NCBI GenBank assembly: GCA_951406725.2
Contig: OX597822.1
Span: 96,906,001-96,970,000 of the forward strand
Source of the DNA: Octopus vulgaris
Taxonomy: Eukaryota
Reading direction: 5' to 3'
DNA length: 64,000 nucleotides
The notes beneath the pieces were generated by a model, which searched no databases, was not told the origin of the DNA, and saw nothing but the letters and a program-made list of their open reading frames with translations. Of this stretch, positions 55,174 through 64,000 are shown piece by piece. Each line of letters begins with the position of its first letter. The first letter of the stretch is position 1. The position numbers and the translations under genes were made by a program.

Positions 55174-55256
55174 TCGTTCTCATGGAAAACGATCGGTTAT
55201 AGCTGTTGGATCTTCACCTACACTTCTACATCGATGCAACTCTCCTCAGAACTCAG
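55174..55256 (+). CDS. MAST: MAST-family kinase exon ((S)RSHGKRSVIAVGSSPTLLHRCNSPQNS)
   Basis: Acceptor tctttcttatatttggtag, donor CAG|gtcagt, phase 2 in and phase 1 out. Resembles the MAST segment RTSNRKSLI...SPTLPRPHSP. The next exon was not found in the window. Confidence 0.85.
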
Positions 55257-56923
55257 GTCAGTCATTTTAAAATCAACTTCAAAGTCACTATCAACATTTT
55301 CCTTCTTGTTCAAATTACATGTTATACACTATTCAAATGTGTAGAGTGATTATTTTCAATTAGCATTCAACTGTTTTTCTATATACACCCATATGTGTGT
55401 GTCTATCCATATATATTGTATGTATGTTCACATGCGTATTTACTGAAGGAAATATTGAAGATAAAATATATGACATAGTGTAACCCGGTATTTGTTACCA
55501 GTTTGTTATATAAACCTACTTTTCTAAGAGAAAATTCAGAATGTGATTCTTTGAGAAATTTTGTTTTCTGAAAGTCCCACAAATATTCATATTTACTCAT
55601 CTGGAAAAAAAAAAAAAAAATGCAATTCTGTTCTTCATTATATGAAATTGCTTCTACATTTTTAATTATTGGATATTTTACCTTTTGTTGTAAAAATTGA
55701 AAATCTATATTAATTTTTTTTTTTCTCTTGATAAATTAATGGATCTCAGTCTGAATTTCCAGTTGCTTCAGTGTACTACAAGGCTCTTTTCGTTACACCT
55801 TTACACTCAGTGACTGTTCTGTTTAAATATTATTAACTTATATAATTTTCATTTGCTGATACAATTCTTAGAACGTGTTCTGTTGTTCAGAATATTATTT
55901 CAAAAAGTTTCAGAAACATCTCAAATCATTTCTTAAACTCGTTTCTTGAAACAAAAACAAACTTCCATTTTGCTGAATGGATGGCCCCCAAAATTTTTGA
56001 TATGCAGCACCCTTCTGTTAGTACAAATATTGCTTAGGAATATCATCTGTACATTGGCATGGCAGCAGTAAAATATTGACAGATACTAGTAACTTGTCTC
56101 CAAGATTTTTGTTACTCTATGAATGTCTTATTGTGACATAGTTTGTTGTTGTTGTGATACTGTGACAGATCTACTAGTTCAGGTTTAAAGACCCTGTTCT
56201 GTGGTTTCACTAGCTCAACATCCACTTGTCTGTCTGTCTATCTATCTGTGTTTGTATCTGTATGCAATGGTGGTTATGCTGCTGATGTGGACACTTATTC
56301 AGCTGGAAGCATTTTTAGTATGTATCAGCGTCGTCTATGTGTGTGCGTGTGGATTTTACATCTTGCTAGAAAAGTTGATTTTATGTGTGTATTTATGAGA
56401 GTTTTTTGGTAACTGTATATATGTATGTATGTGTATATTAGTAAAAGATTTTTGTCAGAGGTGGGAGATACAAGTAACTTATCTTCTACCACAATGAAAC
56501 AGTGGGAGGGAAGAGTAACAAAAATAATTTAAACTGATCTGAATAGGAAATAGATAACTAATTAACTATATGAGCCCTCTAACTGAAAAATTGTGGATTT
56601 GTATAAAGGACACACACACACAGACAGTCATTTTGCCGTTTATATATAGAGAGATGATAATGCGTCCTCACACACACACACATACTCACTGCGATTTCGT
56701 TTTTGTTTGCGGAACCAACAACGCAACAGACGAAACGTATGGAACAGTTATCTCCCTTCGATCAAATGTTTTTCTTCTTCCATGTGTAAAAGTGTAGAGC
56801 GAGCCTGTGGGCGGGCACACACACACAACACGCTGTGTGTGTGTGTGTGTGTGCGTGCGTGTGTGTGTGTGTACAGGAAAGAAGGTTGACTTTTAATCAG
56901 ATATGAAATTGAATCACCTAATT

Positions 56924-57251
56924 GGGATCTTTTCGAATGTGTTTATAAAACATCTTTTTCTCTTGGCTTTATTGAGAATATTCTATAGTTTGTAAGATAT
57001 TTGTTGTTTTTTCTTCAATTTCTGCAATTTCAACCAATCAATGACGTCCATTGAGGTAAAAAATCATTCTGTGCCGTATGAATATATCTCTCGTTTAAGA
57101 AATAGATTGGGTTTATTTACATTTGTGAAGAAAAAAAAATACCCTTCCCCCCACCCCTAACCCTAAAACAGATTGAAATGCAATAGATCGATACTAGGGT
57201 CATAATTATGGGTGACAATTTCATATGACCCCGCTATAAAAAAAAACTGCC
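56924..57251 (+). mobile_element. unclassified repeat with internal (CCCTAA)2
   Basis: Termini and core are shared with 1754-1975. Confidence 0.5.
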
Positions 57252-59084
57252 ATTTCAATGGTGGTCAATAAGAAACTTGTAGCCTGGTACTGATTTCTCT
57301 TCAAGACGAATCTCGTTTTGCATACGTTATTTTCCAACTCTCAAACTCATTAGTTTTATTTATCTCTTGACAGAGAAAATATTTCTTTTTTTTCCTTTTT
57401 CATAAGAATAAAACGCCACCTATTCTAAAGTAACGGCGAAAAGAGAATCGGTGATGCGCATGCCTTTTCTAATGATATCATTTGCAGCTTAAATAGCGAT
57501 TTTCTTTGAAAAACAAAATTTTAAATAATTCATTAAGTTACCTCCCTTCTTTAACTTCATCTATTTCAAATTCTTCATAATTTTAAGATTCTTTTATCTG
57601 TATTTCTTCTGTCGATAACTGAAACGGGTTAAAATATCTACTACTTTTTTAAAATACATATTGGAAAGACTTCTGCCCGTCCTCCCTATTTTCTCCCAAA
57701 TTTGTTTATTTTTAAATAATTTTTTGTGCCCCCCCCCCTCCCCCCGTTTTCGGAGACGGAGGTTCGGGAATTTTGCCAAAAATCGGCATTGTTAAATTCC
57801 ATCCCCTATCCCCTCACGAATTCTTCAATTTAGACTTTTTTCCCCAACACTAACCTTAACCCTAACTACAGAAATGTTTTGAAATTTTTGTCCGAATCAT
57901 CGGCTGTCAAACGATGTTGGAGGGACAAACACAGACACACACACACACACACGCGCACACATGTATATATGTGGAGGCGTAATTGCCCAGTGGTTAGGGC
58001 AGCAGACTTGCAGTTGTAGGATCGCGGTTTCGATTCCCAGACCGGGCGTTGTGAGTGTTTATTGAGCGAAAACACCTAAATCTCCACGAGGCTCCAGCAG
58101 GAGGTGGTAGTGATCCCTGCTGTACCCTTTCACCACAACTTTCTCTCACTCTCTGGTTGGGTTGTATGATCCACTTTTCTTTGGTAATTCCTATAGAGTG
58201 GAGCATCATGTTGTAGGAGTGTGAGGTGGTGGTGGTGGTGGTGGTTGTTAGAGTTCTAAGGGTTTGGAACTGTGTCAATAGTTTTAGGCTATAAGTGGAA
58301 ATATGTATGCTTCAAGGTCACTTAATATTCTAACAGATTCTTAATAAAATAAAAAAAAAATTAAAAAATAACAACAAAAAAAAAACACTGAGTCTTCCTT
58401 CTCTCTGGCACTGAATGGAGGAACACTGCCAGAAAGGAGAACGTCTCATTGCTATTATAGCATGACGATATATGGTAGTGGTAGAGGAGGTTGTGGCAGT
58501 GGCTGTGGTAGTGATGGCAATGTCGATGGTAGGCGTAGTAGTGTTGAGATTTACTAATGTAGCTTTTCATATTTTAAACATGATTTATCATCATCATAGT
58601 CATCATTATCCTCATCATCATCATCATTATTATCATCATCATTATCACCATCATCTTCATCATCATCATCATTATTTATTTATTTATTTGGTTTATTTTA
58701 GCATGTGTTTAAGTTTATTTCTTTGTATCCAATCAATAATTTTCCTACACACACACACACACACACATGTATACACACACACACATATACATCATACCGG
58801 GGCATATATTGTTTGCGTTGTGTGTGTATGTGTATGTGCCTAATACTGTGATCTATAAAATATGCAGGAGTAGATATTACTTGTATGTGTGTCTCTTTGA
58901 CATTGCAGCTTACCATTCGGAAGATTGCATAGATATAGGCTGTATCAAATGAAATCTATTCCAAAACTGTCCACACCAATATTTTCAATGAATGCAACGC
59001 ACACTCACACCGTACCTCTTCCTCCCCCCCAACCCTTCTGTTTAAATGGAGGATGTACACTGTATGCCTTTTGTTGTTCATTGA

Positions 59085-59540
59085 TCTCTCTCTCTCTCAT
59101 TCTCTCTCTCATTCTCTCTCTCATTCTCTCTCTCTCATTCTCTCTCTCTCATTCTCTCTCTCTCATTATCTCTCTCTCATTCTCTCTCTCTCTCTCTCAT
59201 TCTCTCTCTCTCATTCTCTCTCTCATTCTCTCTCTCTCATTCTCTCTCTCTCATTCTCTCTCTCTCATTCTCTCTCTCTCATTCTCTCTCTCTCATTCTC
59301 TCTCTCTCATTCTCTCTCTCATTATCTCTCTCTCATTCTCTCTCTCTCATTATCTCTCTCTCATTCTCTCTCTCTCATTCTCATTCTCATTCTCTCTCTC
59401 TCATTCTCCCTCTCTCATTCTCTTTCTCTCATTCCCTCTCTCATTTTCTCTCTCTCTCATTCTCTTTCTCTCATTCTATCTCTCATTCTCTCTCTCTCCC
59501 TCTCTCATTCTCTCTCTTTCTCTCTCCTTCCCTATCTCTC
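59085..59540. repeat. (TC)nAT pyrimidine-rich minisatellite
   Basis: Direct inspection; source of the spurious Ser/Leu-rich ORFs. Confidence 0.95.
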
Positions 59541-59916
59541 TCGCATGTCTGCACTCTACCCATGTGCACACACAAATATATGTGCGCATATGTTTTTGTG
59601 TGCATAGGTGTGTATGTGTGTTTATATGTAATTATGTATGTATGTCTATGTATGTATGTCCTTGTATATCTATGTAGGTATGCATATATATATATATATA
59701 TAAAGGTACGTGTATGTATGAACGTGTGTTCGTATGTATGTGTGGGTGTAATCTACATACGTATATGCATATGTATCAGCATTATGTATGTGCGTGCATG
59801 TGTGTGTGTATAGATATGTACATGCATATATATGTATATGTGTATCTGTGTGTAGATATGTACACACATATATGTGTATTTGTGTGTAGATATGTACATG
59901 CATATATATGTGTGTA

Positions 59917-59966
<50 letters not shown>

Positions 59967-60022
59967 TGCCTGTTTACATATATAAGTAGGTTTGTACATA
60001 AACATGTATATGTATATATATA

Positions 60023-60094
<72 letters not shown>

Positions 60095-60148
60095 TGTCTG
60101 TTTACATATATAAGTAGGTTTGTACATAAATATGTGTATGTATATATA

Positions 60149-60183
<35 letters not shown>

Positions 60184-60717
60184 TTATTTATATACACTCT
60201 CACAGATTCTTCTGATTTAATGATTTATAAGAATTTCCTTTTTACCTTCCCCCTTCGTTCCCCCCCTCTCTTTTTTTTTTTTTTTTTTGAAATGCTTTTC
60301 CTTCTTTCAAGATGTTTTTTACTTTATTGAATTTTGGAATGTAAAGGAAATCTTAGATTATATCTTACCATGAAAAGCCTATACAAAACTTGTATATTCC
60401 TCCAATCAATTTATCTGATACAGAAAATATGGTATATTTATGTGTACAGGTGTGTGTGTGTGTATGTGTGTGCATACACACGTGCATTTGTATGTGTATA
60501 TATATATATATGTGCGCAAGTGTGTGGCATGTGTTTTTTTTTTATTTGGTTTTATGTGTAATTTTATATTTATCCGTAGCAATTTTCGTTTGAGTTACAT
60601 TTACGGTTCTCTACTAAAGAAGCTACTAATATTAATCAGACTTTCCCATGATGCTTTGGTCACGCTATTATTTCACTAAGGTAGCTTTCAACAACCATTT
60701 GTGAACGACCTGGTTAA

Positions 60718-60823
60718 ATGACCTGTTATGTGAATGTTCTATCACCTCAGGCTCTGGGCCTATACAACTGTTTTAGCCCTCAACATGGCCGCCTTCTAGG
60801 CGAAGACTTATATTTGACTATGA
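60718..60823 (+). CDS. candidate internal alternative first exon (MTCYVNVLSP...EDLYLTM)
   Basis: ATG-initiated non-repetitive ORF ending at TGA|gtaagt in phase 1, the same phase as the 55256 donor. Confidence 0.2.
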
Positions 60824-61107
60824 GTAAGTTTTATTTCTTTATCAAATTTTTTATTATTATTACTATTGTTGTTGTTGTTGTTGTTGTTGTGACAAACTGG
60901 CAGAATCATCAGCACGCCGTACAAAATGCCTAGTAGCATTTCTTCTGGTTTTGCGTCCTGTGTTCAAATTCCACTGAGGTTGATTTTTGCCTTTCATCCT
61001 TCTGGTGTTAATAAAATAGGTACCAGCAGAAAAACTGGGGGGTTGATGTAATTAACTTATCCTCCCACCCACTAACATTACTGACCTTGTACCAAAATTT
61101 GAAACCA

Positions 61108-61150
<43 letters not shown>

Positions 61151-63317
61151 AGTCATGAATTGGTAGAATCATTAGTATGCTGGACCAAATTCTTAGCAGC
61201 TTTTCTTCTGGCACTTTACATTCGGAATTCAGATGTCACCAAGGTAGACTTTGCCTTTCATCCTTTCAGGGTTGATAAAATAAGTACCAGATGAGAAGAA
61301 GGACCAATTGCATCAATAAGCCCCTTCCCACAGAAATTTCTGACCTTGTGCATATTATAATAGAAGGGATTATTATTATTATGCTTTGCAGTATTTCACT
61401 CATTGCTATGATCTGAGTTCAAATTCCACTGAGGTCGATTTTTCCCTTCATCCTTTAGGGGTCAATAAATTAAGTACCAGTTTAGTACTAGGGTCGGTGT
61501 AATCGACTATCCTCCTCCCCCAAATTTCAGGCCTTGTGCCCTATAATAAAGATTATTATTATTATTATTATTATTATCATCATCATCATTTTGTTGTTGG
61601 TTTTCTGATTAGTTTCCCCATTGGTCCTTGTTAGTGAACTCCAAAACTGAACAACAATCCTTAGATGTATTTGCAATTTCTCACAGTTGTTTTCACTTTC
61701 TGTCTGATATGGTTCTGCCTTTTGCATATCATGTAATCTAGGCAGTTGGGGATGGGTCCATCAGTGTCATGTGTTCACTATTTGGTCCTAATTCAGGTGC
61801 ACCAACTTGCTACAATTATAACCTGAGGTTATTTTAGCATGGCATCTGTATTTGGTTGTCTGTTTTTGATTTGTGTTCAAATCTCCTTGATGTCTATATA
61901 GAATAAGTACCAGCAAAGGACTGGAGTCAGTTTATCTAACTATACAATCCGCAAATTGTGATCAATGTAAGTTATAACAGTAATTGTAACAAGTAACAGG
62001 GTTTATTTCTATCTCCTTTTATTCATTTTTAATCCTTCTGCATCAAGCCATACTCCATTTTCTCTTCACTGTTCTGCTTCCATGACTGCTCGTCTCACTT
62101 GCTGGCTCTCTCCCTCTTTCTAATCCACATTTCTATGCTTTGTAACCACACACTCTCTTTCTCCCACTCAGCAGAGCCACTTTTCTTTTCCTTCCACATT
62201 TCTATAGCCTTGGAGAAAGAAGGGAAATCTGAAAATAGCAATAAAAAAAAAAGGGTACATAAAAAGGGTACATATAGGGTGATAAATGTATGTCTACTAT
62301 GTGAAACAATTTTATTTTTCAAATACTAGCCTTACACTTTTTATCTTACATTTTTATCTATTGTATGAAACATGTACATTTTCATTATTCAGATACACAC
62401 ACACACAAAAAAAAAAAAAGAAATTCAGATTTAAAAGGAGAGTTAAGGAGGTTTTGTGATGATCATGCCTCTGTCAAAAGCATTAATAATTTAAATATAT
62501 TGAACGTCTTCCTCAAGTAATTAAAACAATATTGCACACACATAGACTTACCTCTTGCACTGTCTTATCCACTAATTATTAATAGCATTGATCTTTTTAA
62601 AGACTTGGTTTTAGATTTAATTAGAAGCATTTAATTAGAAGTATTGATTAAACCGAAATTTGTATTTACTTAATTAACCCCCTTGTAAGATAAAGTATAA
62701 AGTTGATCGTGGCTTGATTTGAACTGAGGATGTAAAAAGCTAATCACTAATTAAATACAACATGACATTTGATCTGTTGTTTTACCATTTGAGCTACTCC
62801 ACAAATACTTTTTTTTTAGATCTGATACTAAAGATGTATTTTGGGCTACTCTGAGTAATTTTTGCAAGATTGAAACAGCGTTTTAACCCTTTCGATAATA
62901 AACAGCCTGTGGATGCCTGTATCATTGCAGATACCTATTTCCGGTTTTGAAGTGATCTAAATTAGTCATCCATCAAAATTTCATGTTTATCTTTGCTACA
63001 AGTACCTATTTAGTAATGGTTTCCAAATTTGGCACAAGGCCAGCACTTTGGTGGGCATTGGGGATAACTCAATTACATTGCCCCCCAGTACTCAATTGGT
63101 ACTTATTTTATCAACCCCGAAAGGATGGAAGGTAGAGTCAACCTCGACGGAATTTGAACTCAGAACATTAAGCCAGATGAAAAGCTGCTAAGTATTCTGC
63201 CTGGTGTCTTAACGGTTCTACCAGCTCGCTATCCTATACCAATTTAACGATGACATTAATTGAAACAAAAGCAGTGTATATCCACTTTGATATGATAACA
63301 AAAAGGTTGATTCTTAA

Positions 63318-63763
63318 CCCTTTCGTTACTGTATTTCTGTTGAGATGCTCCATGTTTCTTTCAATTACTTTAACCCTTTAGCCTTTAAACCGGCCATATC
63401 CAGCCATAAGTATTCTGCCTGTTTTATGTTCATAATGGCCAGATCTGGTCTCTCACACCAACCCTACAATATCATTTAAAAAATTGACAGCTACCTCATC
63501 AAAATCTCAAAGCTACAAGATGATGCCTGATTAGTTCAAGGCAATGTGGATGAAAAAACCTTAATTTTGGTAGAATAATGCGAACAGTAAAGGGTTAAAT
63601 ATAACAAAGAATTTAGTAAAATAACTTAGTTATGATTAAGCTAGTTTTAGGAGCATAAATTGTGACTAAGGTTTGGTGGAAGATTTTAATTCAGAACTTA
63701 CAAAAACAAGACATTTGTACTACAGAGCCAGAACCGGTTTCAGCCGGGTTCGTAATGAAAGGG
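63318..63763. mobile_element. piggyBac-type MITE B containing nested MITE A (63374-63594)
   Basis: Both elements have CCCTTT/AAAGGG termini and TTAA duplications. Confidence 0.9.
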
Positions 63764-63905
63764 TTAATATGGTGAATTAAAACTTAAGGCCACAACCTAC
63801 TCTTTGTTTCTTACTTGAGAATATGCCAATGTTTGGGAAAGGCATGAATGACACAGCTCACCATTTACTCTGTTATTTGTTATTACCTTTCAGTATGATT
63901 ACTTA

Positions 63906-63943
<38 letters not shown>

Positions 63944-64000
63944 CATTCATATGTTCACTCATACAAATGCACATCTATGCATGCTCATATGCATTTTACA

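Noticed and set aside
56201-56398. Hydrophobic 65-aa ORF as a possible MAST exon or membrane peptide
   Set aside because: It overlaps simple repeats, and its possible donor (gtatgt) is in the wrong phase for the intron after 55256.
57150-57170. Telomere-like CCCTAA repeats (also near 57850)
   Set aside because: Only about two units, embedded in interspersed repeats; not an interstitial telomere array.
60581-60680. Acceptors at 60580 and 60750 as the next constitutive MAST exon
   Set aside because: Both give an early stop in the required phase and lack the expected SPxxSPR motif.

Overview
This is AT-rich, repeat-dense eukaryotic genomic DNA. Its SINE and microsatellite content looks like an octopus or other coleoid cephalopod genome (inference from recognised repeat types, not a database search). 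The one host gene I can support is the 5' part of a MAST-family kinase (microtubule-associated Ser/Thr kinase, DUF1908 N-terminus) on the + strand. It has five phase-compatible coding exons (13091-13222, 41390-41609, 53078-53166, 54271-54299, 55174-55256) and continues past the window end. The rest is mostly intron or upstream sequence. It contains several tRNA-derived SINE families, an RTE-tail repeat, CR1, RTE and Gypsy fragments, TTAA piggyBac-type MITEs (one nested in another), a non-autonomous Helitron, a fold-back element, a 26-bp minisatellite, a 1.7-kb tandem duplication and very long microsatellites. Almost all ORFs in the supplied track are microsatellite artefacts. The best leads are two in-frame microexon candidates (9 nt and 18 nt), a candidate alternative first exon that would add a transmembrane segment to the kinase, SINE dimers sharing one fixed junction, inverted-repeat hairpins that could be ADAR substrates, and degenerate hammerhead-ribozyme remnants. 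I found no clearly new multi-gene system.
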